Positions 1 through 8,251 of a stretch of DNA of 64,000 bases are shown in pieces. The notes under the pieces are model-generated. The model saw only the letters and a program-made list of their open reading frames with translations, ran no database searches and had not been told where the DNA came from. This DNA is from Eubacteriales bacterium (GTDB taxonomy: Bacteria > Bacillota > Clostridia > Oscillospirales > CAG-382). Where the stretch lies: the NCBI GenBank assembly GCA_045540015.1, contig JAZQGP010000047.1:16869-80868 (forward strand), given 5' to 3'. Position 1 is the stretch's first letter, and every line of letters starts with the position of its first letter. A program made the translations under genes and the position numbers.

Positions 1-9
1 ATACGGAAA

Positions 10-507
10 CTATTTTTCCCTAATGGTCTTATGACCGCGCTGGAGCGAAACAACACCCGTACGGCATATTTCAAGGATAGTAAAATCACGCATAAGTGCG
101 ATAAACGCGTCAATTCTTTTTGAGTCACCCGTAATTCTCATAATCACGGATTCGTGGGTGTAGTCAACGGTTTCTGCTTTAAAAGCTTCGGCTGCGGTTC
201 TTATGTCATCTCTTGTCTTGGAATCGTTCTTAACCTTGATAAGCATAAGCTCGCAGTTTACCGCGTCATCTGCATCAAGCTCTTTTACCTTGCACACGTC
301 GGGTAATTTGTAAAGCTGGTTTACAATCTGGTGATTAAGCTCAGGCTCGCCGTTGTAGGTAACTGTAATACGCGAATACTTGTCCGATTCGGTTTCACTA
401 ACGGTAAGGGACTTGATGTTGAAATTTCTTCTTCTGAACATGCTTGTTACACGGTTAAGCACGCCCGATTCGTTCTTTACAAGAACAGCTATTGTATACT
501 TAGGCAT
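10..507 (-). CDS. ilvN: acetolactate synthase small (regulatory) subunit
   Basis: 165-aa ORF with ACT-type N-terminus (TIAVLVKNESGVLNRVTSMFRRRNFNI). It starts 2 nt after the stop of the large-subunit gene. Confidence 0.9.
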   Translation of the reverse strand: MPKYTIAVLVKNESGVLNRVTSMFRRRNFNIKSLTVSETESDKYSRITVTYNGEPELNHQIVNQLYKLPDVCKVKELDADDAVNCELMLIKVKNDSKTRDDIRTAAEAFKAETVDYTHESVIMRITGDSKRIDAFIALMRDFTILEICRTGVVSLQRGHKTIREK

Positions 508-509
508 CT

Positions 510-2171
510 TTATTCACCCACCTTCACAATCATGTCATCCATCGAGCCTCCGGGAGGAAGCATGGGAAGAACAAATTCGTCCTTGTCAATTGCGCAGTCG
601 ATAAGGAAAGGTCCGTCGCACGAAAAGGCTTTTGTGAGAGCTTCTTCGAGCTGTTCAGTTGTATCCGCAGTCATCGCATCCGCACCGAACGCCTTTGCAA
701 GGTCTACAAAATTTGTCTTTCTTTCAAGAACAGTATTTGAATAGTGCTTTTCAAAGAACAGCGTCTGCCACTGGCGCACCATTCCGAGAACACCGTTATT
801 GAGAAGGAGTATTACTATGGGATTTTTGTTTGTTACAGCCGTTGCAAGCTCATTGAGGCACATCCCAAAGCTTCCGTCGCCCGTTACAAGAACAGTTCGC
901 TTTCCCGTTCCTATCTGAGCACCGATTGCCGCACCAAGACCAAAGCCCATCGTGCCAAGACCGCCGCTTGAAACAAATCTCCTTGTATGTGCAAAGCTCG
1001 CAAACTGCGCCGTCCACATCTGATGCTGACCTACGTCTGTTGCAACGGGAGTGTCGGCATCAAGATGGCGGTTAAGCATTTCGATAATGTTTTTCGGCGT
1101 CATGCCATCTCTCTTATCTGAAATTTCCTCTTCTTTTCTTCTGTACTTTTCAATTTCCTCAGCCCATTCGGGTCTTTCCTTCTTTTCAAGAAGTGAAATT
1201 ATCTTTCTGAGGGTTCGCTCTACATCGCCGAAAAGTGCGTGTGTTGCCTTTACATTTTTGGAAAACTCCGCGCTGTCTACATCAATATGTATAATCTTTG
1301 CCGTCTGCGCAAACTTTGTTTTATTTCCGGTAACTCTGTCGTTAAAGCGTACACCGAGGGAAATAATACAGTCGGCATTATGCATTGCCATAGAGGACGC
1401 ATAGTGTCCGTGCATACCCTGCATTCCGAGAAACCTAGGATGGTTTGTAGGAATTGCCGATATACCCATGAGAGAGCAGCCTATAGGTGCATCAATAAGC
1501 TCGGCAAGAGCTAAAATCTCGTCCTCGGCATGTGATGCAATTGCACCGCCTCCGAAATATATAAACGGTTTTCTCGATTCTTTTATGCACTCGACCGCTT
1601 CTTCAACGTCCTCGCACACAACCTTTTCATCAGCCTCGACGGGTGAGTGCGCCGTGTATTCGCACTTTGCAATCTGTATGTCCTTTGGCACATCTATAAG
1701 CACAGGACCGGGTCTTCCGCTCTTTGCAAGACGGAAAGCCTCTCTAATCGTATCCGCAAGTATTTCAACGCTGTCAACTATGTAGTTGTGCTTTGTGATG
1801 GGAAGCGTAATACCCGTAATGTCAATTTCCTGGAAGCTGTCCGAGCCGAGCTGTGAGGTCGGAACGTTTCCGCATATTGCAACAAGTGGAATAGAATCAA
1901 GATATGCAGTTGCAATTCCTGTTACAAGGTTTGTAGCACCGGGACCCGAGGTTGACATTACAACACCAACTTTTCCCGTTGTTCTTGCATATCCGTCTGC
2001 CGCATGTGCAGCTCCTTGCTCGTGAGCTGTCAGAATGTGGTTGATTTCATCACGGTATTTGTAAAGTGAATCGTAAACGTTTATAATCTGACCACCCGGA
2101 TAACCGAATACGGTTTCTACTCCCTGTTCAATCAGTGTTCTTACGATTATGTCTGCTCCTGTAAGTATCAT
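510..2171 (-). CDS. ilvB: acetolactate synthase large (catalytic) subunit
   Basis: 553-aa ORF with ThDP-enzyme signatures (GYPGG near the N-terminus, GDGSFGM...NNGVLGMVRQWQ). Sits in the ilv operon. Confidence 0.93.
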   Translation of the reverse strand: MILTGADIIVRTLIEQGVETVFGYPGGQIINVYDSLYKYRDEINHILTAHEQGAAHAADGYARTTGKVGVVMSTSGPGATNLVTGIATAYLDSIPLVAICGNVPTSQLGSDSFQEIDITGITLPITKHNYIVDSVEILADTIREAFRLAKSGRPGPVLIDVPKDIQIAKCEYTAHSPVEADEKVVCEDVEEAVECIKESRKPFIYFGGGAIASHAEDEILALAELIDAPIGCSLMGISAIPTNHPRFLGMQGMHGHYASSMAMHNADCIISLGVRFNDRVTGNKTKFAQTAKIIHIDVDSAEFSKNVKATHALFGDVERTLRKIISLLEKKERPEWAEEIEKYRRKEEEISDKRDGMTPKNIIEMLNRHLDADTPVATDVGQHQMWTAQFASFAHTRRFVSSGGLGTMGFGLGAAIGAQIGTGKRTVLVTGDGSFGMCLNELATAVTNKNPIVILLLNNGVLGMVRQWQTLFFEKHYSNTVLERKTNFVDLAKAFGADAMTADTTEQLEEALTKAFSCDGPFLIDCAIDKDEFVLPMLPPGGSMDDMIVKVGE

Positions 2172-2213
2172 TTTTTCAGTCCTTTGTTATATTTTCTGTA
2201 ATCCGTAACGTAT

Positions 2214-3887
2214 TTATTTTTTGCCTGCCATATTGCTGTATGCTGCAAGCAGCGCGCGAGAGCTTGCCTTGATAATGTCCGTATGCTCTCCTGCACCCCA
2301 GAATATTTTTCCGTTTTCATCCTCGATTCCTATATACGCACACGCTTCGCTTTCAGAGCCGTAGTGACTCTGCATACCGTGTTCCTTATATACAGAAAGC
2401 TTATAGGCTTTTCCGGTGTGTTTAATAAGTGCATTGCTGACAGCATCAAGCGAACCGTTTCCTTTTTCGATAACAACGGCTGTGCTTCCGTTTTCCTCAA
2501 AGGTAACCTCAGCCTCAACACCGCTTTGCATCTGTCTGAAGTGAACCTCCGTAATACGCAGAGGAGTATTATAGTCAAAGTAATTGTTTTTAAATACCGA
2601 AAGAACATCCGCCACCTTGAGTTCTCTGTGCTCGCGGTCGGAAAGGCTCTTGCAGATGCTTGTCAGATGCTCGCGCATCTTTGCAGGCAAATCAAAGCCG
2701 TATGTCTGCTCAAGCAGATATCCTATGCCGCCTTTTCCGCTTTGAGAGTTTACTCTTATCACGTCGGTATCGTATGTACGGTTTATATCCGTCGGATCAA
2801 TGGGGATATAAGGCACCGCCCAGTTATGAAGCTTTTTTTCTTCTCTCCACTTCATCCCCTTTGCAATGGCATCCTGATGACTTCCCGAGAAAGCCGCAAA
2901 CACAAGCGCTCCCGCATAGGGTGACCGCGCATGCACGTGCATTCCCGTACACCTCTCGTATGCATCAACAATCGAAGGCATATCGGAAAAGTCAAGCTCC
3001 GGGTCAACGCCGTGGGAATAAAGATTCATTGCAAGGTTTATGATATCAACGTTGCCCGTTCTCTCTCCGTTTCCGAAAAGTGTTCCTTCAACACGGTCGG
3101 CACCGGCAAGAAGCGCAAGCTCTGCATCTGCAACACCCGTACCTCTGTCGTTGTGAGGATGAACGCTGATTGTAACATACCTGCGGTACTTCAGATTTCT
3201 GTGCATGAACTCAATCTGCGATGCATAAACATGCGGAAGACTCATTTCAACCGTTGCCGGAAGATTTATGATGACGTTGTTATTGTCATTCGGCTCAAGA
3301 ACATCAAGAACAGCATTGCAGACTTCAAGAGAATACTCGGGTTCTGCTCCCGTAAAGCTCTCGGGAGTATATTCAAATCTGAAGTTGCCTTCATACTCAT
3401 TCGCAAGCTGTTTTATGAGCCTTGCGCCGTCAACAGCTATCTTCTTGATTTCTTCCTTTGATTTTCTGAACACCTGCTCACGCTGTACAACGCTTACCGG
3501 ATTGTAGAAATGGATTATCGCATTTGCAGCGCCTTTACACGCATCAAAGGTTTTTCTGATAATATGCTCACGGCACTGGGTAAGAACCTGAATGGTTACA
3601 CCCTTCGGTATCATATTGTTGTCAATAAGTGTTCTGAGAAACTCGTATTCGGTTTCACTTGACGCCGGAAAGCCAACCTCAATTTCCTTAAAGCCCACTT
3701 TCAGAAGAAGCTTGTAAAACTCAATCTTTTGTCCAAGACTCATAGGAATAACAAGACTTTGGTTTCCGTCCCTCAGATCAACACTGCACCAATCGGGCGC
3801 TTTTTCTATACGGTCTTTTTTCACCCAGTCGCAGTATGTGTTTTCAGGCAGATAATATCCTGCACCGTATTTTGTTATATCCATCAT
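2214..3887 (-). CDS. leuA: 2-isopropylmalate synthase (long form)
   Basis: 557-aa ORF with the DRE-TIM metallolyase motif (SVDLRDGNQS) and HPHNDRGTGVA. Sits in the ilv/leu operon. Confidence 0.9.
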   Translation of the reverse strand: MMDITKYGAGYYLPENTYCDWVKKDRIEKAPDWCSVDLRDGNQSLVIPMSLGQKIEFYKLLLKVGFKEIEVGFPASSETEYEFLRTLIDNNMIPKGVTIQVLTQCREHIIRKTFDACKGAANAIIHFYNPVSVVQREQVFRKSKEEIKKIAVDGARLIKQLANEYEGNFRFEYTPESFTGAEPEYSLEVCNAVLDVLEPNDNNNVIINLPATVEMSLPHVYASQIEFMHRNLKYRRYVTISVHPHNDRGTGVADAELALLAGADRVEGTLFGNGERTGNVDIINLAMNLYSHGVDPELDFSDMPSIVDAYERCTGMHVHARSPYAGALVFAAFSGSHQDAIAKGMKWREEKKLHNWAVPYIPIDPTDINRTYDTDVIRVNSQSGKGGIGYLLEQTYGFDLPAKMREHLTSICKSLSDREHRELKVADVLSVFKNNYFDYNTPLRITEVHFRQMQSGVEAEVTFEENGSTAVVIEKGNGSLDAVSNALIKHTGKAYKLSVYKEHGMQSHYGSESEACAYIGIEDENGKIFWGAGEHTDIIKASSRALLAAYSNMAGKK

Positions 3888-3902
3888 CGTTCTGCACTCT
3901 TG

Positions 3903-4277
3903 TTAAAGCTCTGCAACAGTATCAATTTCCACAAGTACGTTTTTGGGAAGCTCTCTGACAGCAACGCAGGAACGTGCGGGCTTTGATACAAAATACTTTT
4001 CATATACCGCGTTAAATGCCGCAAAATCCTCCATATTGCGCAAAAAGCATGTGGTCTTTATTACGTTTTCAATACTGCTTCCGCTTGCCGTAAGAAGCTC
4101 TGCAATGTTTTTGCACACCTGCTCGGTCTGCGCCTCTATTGTGTCCGCTTCAACATTTCCCGAAACGGGATTTATTGCAATCTGACCGGAGGTAAAAACA
4201 AAATCTCCGGAACATACTGCCTGTGAATACGGTCCTATCGCCTTTGGCGCTTTTTCCGTAATTATAATTCTACTCAT
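3903..4277 (-). CDS. ridA: RidA/YjgF family reactive-intermediate deaminase
   Basis: 124-aa ORF with a typical RidA N-terminus (APKAIGPYSQAV). Lies directly downstream of threonine dehydratase. Confidence 0.85.
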   Translation of the reverse strand: MSRIIITEKAPKAIGPYSQAVCSGDFVFTSGQIAINPVSGNVEADTIEAQTEQVCKNIAELLTASGSSIENVIKTTCFLRNMEDFAAFNAVYEKYFVSKPARSCVAVRELPKNVLVEIDTVAEL

Positions 4278-4291
4278 TGCGTGTTCTCTCC

Positions 4292-5503
4292 TTACTTTAC
4301 AATCTTAAAGCCCTCATTTACAAGTGCTTTTGATATTTCCTGAACATGCTCATAGTTTCTGGTTTCCATTGTAACTCTTAGATAACATCCGTTGACATTT
4401 TCTATGTCGCTGTTTCTCTCGTGGTGAACACCCGTTACGTTTCCGCCGCAATCTGCAATGATGCGCGAAACATCTTTGAGCTGTCCGGGCTTGTCAACAA
4501 GCTCTATGAGAAGACTGGTTTCACGACCCGACTTCATAAGTCCGCGCTCTATTACTCTTGAAAGTATAGAAACATCAATATTTCCGCCTGAAACAAGGCT
4601 TACGACTTTTTTACCTGCAATCGGAAATTTTCCGAACATTGCCGCAGCAACAGATACGGCACCTGCACCCTCTGCAATCATTTTCTGCTTTTCTATAAGT
4701 GCAAGTATTGCCGAGGATATCTCATCATCCGTCACAAGCGCAATGTCATCAACATATTTACTCACAAGCTCAAAAGTATGGTCTCCCGGTCTCTTTACCG
4801 CAATGCCGTCGGCAATTGTAGAAACAGAGTCAAGACTTTCAATCTTACCGTCTTTAACCGCATTGTACATACTCGGTGCGCCGGCTGCCTGAACACCGTA
4901 AACCTTTATAGACGGCTTAAGTGACTTTATTGCATATGCAATACCGGAAATCAAACCGCCGCCGCCAATGGGAACTATTACAGCATCCGCATCGGCAAAC
5001 TCATTTACTATTTCAAGACCTACCGTTCCCTGTCCTGCAATAACATCCTCATCGTCAAACGGATGAACAAAGGTGTATCCCATTTCATCACGTAGCTGCA
5101 ACGCCTTTGTATACGCGTCATCATAGCAGCCGTTCACAAGGCAAACTTCTGCGCCGTAACCCTTTGTTGCCTCGACTTTGGAAATGGGGGCTGTATCGGG
5201 AAGACATATCAGCGAGGATATTCCGCACTTCGACGCAGCAAGCGCAACACCTTGTGCATGATTTCCTGCGGAGCACGCAATAACACCCTTCGCTTTTTCT
5301 TCTTCAGAAAGCATCGCAATTTTATATCCTGATCCTCGTAGTTTAAAAGAACCGGTATACTGCAAGTTTTCAGGTTTCAGGTACAGGTCGCATTCATCTG
5401 TAATTCCGGTTGTACTGACAATCGAAGTATTACGCACTATGTTTTTAAGCACTACAGATGCCTGAAATACTTTATCAAGTGTAATCATTTTTTCATCTCC
5501 CAA
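4292..5503 (-). CDS. ilvA: threonine ammonia-lyase (threonine dehydratase)
   Basis: 403-aa ORF with the PLP-lysine motif (YTGSFKLRG), a glycine loop (GGGGLISG) and a C-terminal ACT-like domain. Confidence 0.9.
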   Translation of the reverse strand: MGDEKMITLDKVFQASVVLKNIVRNTSIVSTTGITDECDLYLKPENLQYTGSFKLRGSGYKIAMLSEEEKAKGVIACSAGNHAQGVALAASKCGISSLICLPDTAPISKVEATKGYGAEVCLVNGCYDDAYTKALQLRDEMGYTFVHPFDDEDVIAGQGTVGLEIVNEFADADAVIVPIGGGGLISGIAYAIKSLKPSIKVYGVQAAGAPSMYNAVKDGKIESLDSVSTIADGIAVKRPGDHTFELVSKYVDDIALVTDDEISSAILALIEKQKMIAEGAGAVSVAAAMFGKFPIAGKKVVSLVSGGNIDVSILSRVIERGLMKSGRETSLLIELVDKPGQLKDVSRIIADCGGNVTGVHHERNSDIENVNGCYLRVTMETRNYEHVQEISKALVNEGFKIVK

Positions 5504-5641
5504 TACATTTAGAACGATTATTATATAACAAAGATTTTACCATATAATATATAAAAATTGTACAAAGATTGAATTGTGAGTATAATTTTTTCAAAAAACA
5601 GCTCTTTTACAGTCCATGCTTCATATATATGTGAAAATCGT

Positions 5642-5679
5642 AAAATTAAAAAAGACTGCCGAGAAAAAGCTCAGCAGTC
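5642..5679 (-). terminator. intrinsic terminator inside the ilv operon leader
   Basis: On the minus strand: GACTGC-14 nt-GCAGTC followed by TTTTTTAATTTT. Lies between a strong promoter and the ilvA start. Confidence 0.6.
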
Positions 5680-5733
5680 AATTTATACAAAAAACAGCGA
5701 TGCACACTCCGTACAAACAACACTAACAAATTT

Positions 5734-5763
5734 ATTATATCACATGCTTATGCATTATGTCAA
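5734..5763 (-). promoter_or_regulatory. sigma-70/SigA-type promoter reading toward ilvA
   Basis: Minus strand: TTGACA, 18-nt spacer, TATAAT, with TGa directly upstream of the -10 (extended -10). Confidence 0.55.
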
Positions 5764-5837
5764 CTCTTTATTGTATCTTATCACCAATTTCCGCGTAATA
5801 TACAAAAAAATCTTGTAAAGTTTGCACATTTTGCCAC

Positions 5838-5866
5838 TTGATTTTATGGTTTAAATGTGTTACACT
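5838..5866 (+). promoter_or_regulatory. candidate promoter of the purine-rich orphan transcription unit
   Basis: TTGATT, 17-nt spacer, TACACT, with TGt extended -10. Divergent from the ilv leader promoter. Confidence 0.45.
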
Positions 5867-5872
5867 ATAGGC

Positions 5873-6322
5873 GAAGAAAGGAAGGTACAGTCCAATGAAC
5901 AAGTAAGACTAAAACTCAAACATGAAGGAAAGAACAAAAAAGAGCATCGGAACCTGACAAAGTAATAACACGGCGGTGTAACGCATGACATAGATTTTGA
6001 ACAAGGTTTGGAATTCAGGAAGATAAAAAGATGTTCAGGTTCAAAAAGAAACAAGCCTTCAGAGTTTGAGCAGGACTTTCACCTCGGTCAAGGAAAAATT
6101 GCAGGATAAAACACAAAACAAAAAATTCTGAAGAAAGAAGAAAGAAGAAAGAAACTGGTAAAAGAAGAATTCGGGTGTTTTAAGAATTGCAATGACCAAG
6201 GCTCAGGGAGATTAAGAAAGCGAGGTATAAAAATGACGTTAGACTTTAAGAGTGAACAGAAGTGACCCTTGGTTGTGTGTAAAGAAACATGATCAGGGGT
6301 CACTTCTATTTTATTTGTGTTT
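5873..6322 (+). ncRNA. candidate ~450-nt purine-rich non-coding transcript (or decayed gene)
   Basis: Bounded by its own promoter and two tandem terminators. No plus-strand ORF longer than 38 codons. Strong purine bias on the plus strand. The next gene downstream has its own promoter. Confidence 0.3.
6258..6322 (+). terminator. intrinsic terminator (first of a tandem pair)
   Basis: Perfect 11-bp stem AGAAGTGACCC / GGGTCACTTCT (6258-6268 / 6297-6307) followed by ATTTTATTTGTGTTTT. Confidence 0.65.
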
Positions 6323-6327
6323 TGCCG

Positions 6328-6358
6328 CACGGGTGCCGTGGCGGTTTTTCTTTTTTTC
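6328..6358 (+). terminator. short GC hairpin plus long T-run (second of the pair)
   Basis: CACGG-GTG-CCGTG followed by GCGGTTTTTCTTTTTTT. Confidence 0.45.
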
Positions 6359-6381
6359 AAGCACAAATTACGGCAAAGCAC

Positions 6382-6410
6382 TTGAAAAGTCTTCGCTTTT
6401 ATGGTAAATT
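6382..6410 (+). promoter_or_regulatory. candidate promoter of the esterase gene
   Basis: TTGAAA, 17-nt spacer, TAAATT, with TGg extended -10. Located after both terminators. Confidence 0.5.
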
Positions 6411-6443
6411 ATAAGAAACAAGCTGAAAAGGAAGGTTTTGTTT

Positions 6444-7286
6444 ATGATATACCTTGAAAAGAAAATTGAAATTGATTATACAAAGTTATCTGCTCCCGAC
6501 ACAGGACATGTTCCGGTAATGAAAGTGTTTGTTCCGAATACCGAAAGCGAAATTTCGCACCTTACAGAGGGCAGACCAACCGTTCTCATTCTTCCGGGCG
6601 GCGGTTATCAGATGACTTCGGAAACAGAAGCAGAGCCAATCGCAATGAAGTATCTTGCAAGAGGCATAAACGCATGTATTCTTTATTACAGTGTAGCACC
6701 TGCCGTCTATCCCGCAGCTCTCATTCAGGCTCTCACTGCTTTAAAATATATCCGCGAAAACGCAAAAGAATGGCACTCCAACCCCGACAAAATATACGTT
6801 TGCGGCTTCTCGGCAGGCGGTCACCTTGCGGCAAGTGTAGGAACTCTCTGGAACGGTGAAGCTGCAAAGAGCTATTTCGGCGATGTGTCCTGTCTCAGAC
6901 CGAGCGGTCTTGTGCTCTCATATCCCGTTATAGTAAACGACAAAAATTTTCATGGAGGCTCATTCCAAAATCTTCTCGGCAACAAAGCGGACGATGCACA
7001 GATGCGTGAGCTTACCTGTCTTGACAAGCAGGTTTCCGATGATACGCCTCCTGCATTTATCTGGAGCACTTTTGAGGATAAGAGTGTTCCCTGCGAAAAT
7101 TCACTCAGATTCGCCTCTGCTCTCAGAGCACACAATATTCCCTTTGAGCTTCACATTTACGAAAAAGGCTGTCACGGACTTGCTTCCTGCGACTATACCT
7201 CAAAGCCGTTCAAGGAAATCCGACAGAAGGACTGGCTTTATCACTCTGCGGAATGGATGCTGGATACAAGATATAAGGCTGAATAA
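6444..7286 (+). CDS. alpha/beta-hydrolase esterase (Aes / carbohydrate-esterase-like)
   Basis: Oxyanion motif PGGGY, nucleophile elbow GFSAGGHLA and a C-terminal catalytic His (GCHG). ATG at 6444 is preferred over the ORF-track start at 6438 because AAAGGAAGG lies 8 nt upstream. Confidence 0.8.
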   Translation: MIYLEKKIEIDYTKLSAPDTGHVPVMKVFVPNTESEISHLTEGRPTVLILPGGGYQMTSETEAEPIAMKYLARGINACILYYSVAPAVYPAALIQALTALKYIRENAKEWHSNPDKIYVCGFSAGGHLAASVGTLWNGEAAKSYFGDVSCLRPSGLVLSYPVIVNDKNFHGGSFQNLLGNKADDAQMRELTCLDKQVSDDTPPAFIWSTFEDKSVPCENSLRFASALRAHNIPFELHIYEKGCHGLASCDYTSKPFKEIRQKDWLYHSAEWMLDTRYKAE

Positions 7287-7297
7287 TTTATCAACAC

Positions 7298-7328
7298 GAG
7301 GAAATCCGAAAGGGTTTCTTCTTTTTTG
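7298..7328 (+). terminator. intrinsic terminator of the esterase gene
   Basis: GAAATCC-GAAA-GGGTTTC hairpin (GAAA tetraloop, one G:U pair) followed by TTCTTTTTT. Confidence 0.7.
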
Positions 7329-7358
7329 TATAAAAACACGATGTTACATTACTGTAAC

Positions 7359-7387
7359 TTGACATTACACTTTAGCGGTGGTAGAAT
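7359..7387 (+). promoter_or_regulatory. candidate ssrA promoter
   Basis: TTGACA, 17-nt spacer, TAGAAT, with TGg extended -10. About 70 nt upstream of the mature tmRNA 5' end. Confidence 0.6.
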
Positions 7388-7459
7388 ATATATGAAAAAA
7401 TGAATACCTTTTGCCGTTTTCGGCGTATAATGGTATGTGGACGTATTGTCCCGATATAT

Positions 7460-7816
7460 GGGGGCGTAAAGGTTTCGACGGGGATCTTGAAGTACGTTAA
7501 GCGAGCAAGAGAATTGCGCTGACTCTTTCAAAACTTGTGCAATTAAAATTAAACGCTAACAATAATAAATTAGCTTACGCTGCCTAAGTGCGGCGTCATC
7601 GCCTCTGAGAGTACTGCGGCTCAGAACGCGGTGTCAATTTAGCAGTGAACGTGAACGGGCATAAGCTTTGCCGCCCGTCATGACCTCATGAAGCTACCGA
7701 TGTGCGCCGTTTGGCTTTTGATGGCTCGCAAAGGGAATTCTAACAAAAGCCTACGCTCGTAGAAAGATGTGTGAATGGGTTTTCGGACAGGGGTTCGATT
7801 CCCCTCGCCTCCACCA
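7460..7816 (+). ncRNA. ssrA: transfer-messenger RNA (tmRNA)
   Basis: 5' GGGGGCG pairs with 3' CGCCTCC-ACCA, including the G3:U70 alanine identity pair. T-arm is GGGG-TTCGATT-CCCC. Tag frame 7555-7587 (GCT AAC AAT AAT AAA TTA GCT TAC GCT GCC TAA) encodes ANNNKLAYAA. Confidence 0.93.
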
Positions 7817-7818
7817 AA
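7806..7818 (+). repeat. direct repeat copy 1 (putative attL core, 3' end of ssrA)
   Basis: CGCCTCCACCAAA is identical to 14958-14970. Confidence 0.6.
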
Positions 7819-7894
7819 CAGGTATAAAGTGAACACCTACTACTTGAAAAATGCCTTTGTAGTAACGGTTTGGCTTTAATACCAACACAAAAAT

Positions 7895-7928
7895 AACGGT
7901 TAGGGTTTGATCCTTGACCGTTGTTTTT
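7895..7928 (+). terminator. intrinsic terminator downstream of ssrA (inside the islet)
   Basis: 11-bp stem AACGGTTAGGG / CCTTGACCGTT (contains G:U pairs) followed by GTTTTT. Confidence 0.7.
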
Positions 7929-7975
7929 AGTTATAGGATAAATTGGTAAAACGGCAGTAAATATCAGCAACTCTA

Positions 7976-8003
7976 TTGACTATTGATAAAAATATGGTAT
8001 AAT
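7976..8003 (+). promoter_or_regulatory. candidate promoter of the structured leader and lipoprotein gene
   Basis: TTGACT, 16-nt spacer, TATAAT, with TGg extended -10. Confidence 0.6.
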
Positions 8004-8012
8004 ATCTATTGT

Positions 8013-8170
8013 CAAACTAACTTAATATGTGTGAAAGACGGGTGTACTATCTTTATTTATAGGGATAGTTATACTCTTTTTAAGCATAATATCATTATTG
8101 AATTTGATAAAATGCAAATTCCATTTATGATGATATTATGGTTACACCCATTTCACGTAAAGTTAGTTTG
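8013..8170 (+). promoter_or_regulatory. candidate cis-regulatory structured RNA leader (riboswitch/attenuator-like, unclassified)
   Basis: Three stacked long-range helices: 8013-8023/8160-8170 (11 bp), 8028-8036/8151-8159 (9 bp, two G:U) and 8040-8046/8143-8149 (7 bp). They enclose hairpins 8047-8068 and 8085-8140. A terminator follows, then RBS and ATG. Confidence 0.45.
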
Positions 8171-8194
8171 GCGACTATCGGAGTTTGCGTTTTT

Positions 8195-8228
8195 GTGCGG
8201 TTGCTTCGGTAGCCGCACTTTTTATTAT
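8195..8228 (+). terminator. intrinsic terminator between the leader and the lipoprotein start codon
   Basis: GTGCGGTTGC-TTCG-GTAGCCGCAC, a 10-bp stem closing a C(UUCG)G tetraloop, followed by TTTTTATTAT. RBS AGGAGGG is at 8238-8244 and ATG at 8252. Confidence 0.8.
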
Positions 8229-8251
8229 ATTCATTTCAGGAGGGAAAGAAA

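Noticed and set aside
5504-5763. A T-box riboswitch upstream of the ilv/leu operon, as in Bacillus.
   Set aside because: The leader between promoter and terminator is only ~80 nt. There is no specifier-loop/stem I architecture and no T-box consensus sequence (AAnnnGGGTGGTACCGCG-like).
5873-6260. The idea that the purine-rich transcript is a CsrA-sponge-type RNA, because it contains about 9 GGA motifs.
   Set aside because: With this base composition about 8-9 GGA triplets are expected by chance in 390 nt, and the motifs are not presented in hairpin loops. There is no enrichment.
5860-6381. Minus-strand ORFs of 64 aa (5860-6054) and 97 aa (6088-6381) in the purine-rich locus.
   Set aside because: They are low-complexity F/L/S/C-rich translations of a pyrimidine-rich strand with no RBS. 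They run through the plus-strand terminator hairpins and are most likely composition artefacts.
7740-7970. ORFs overlapping ssrA (7349-7531 and 7740-7970, minus strand).
   Set aside because: They lie antisense to a confidently identified tmRNA and its terminator and have no coding signals.
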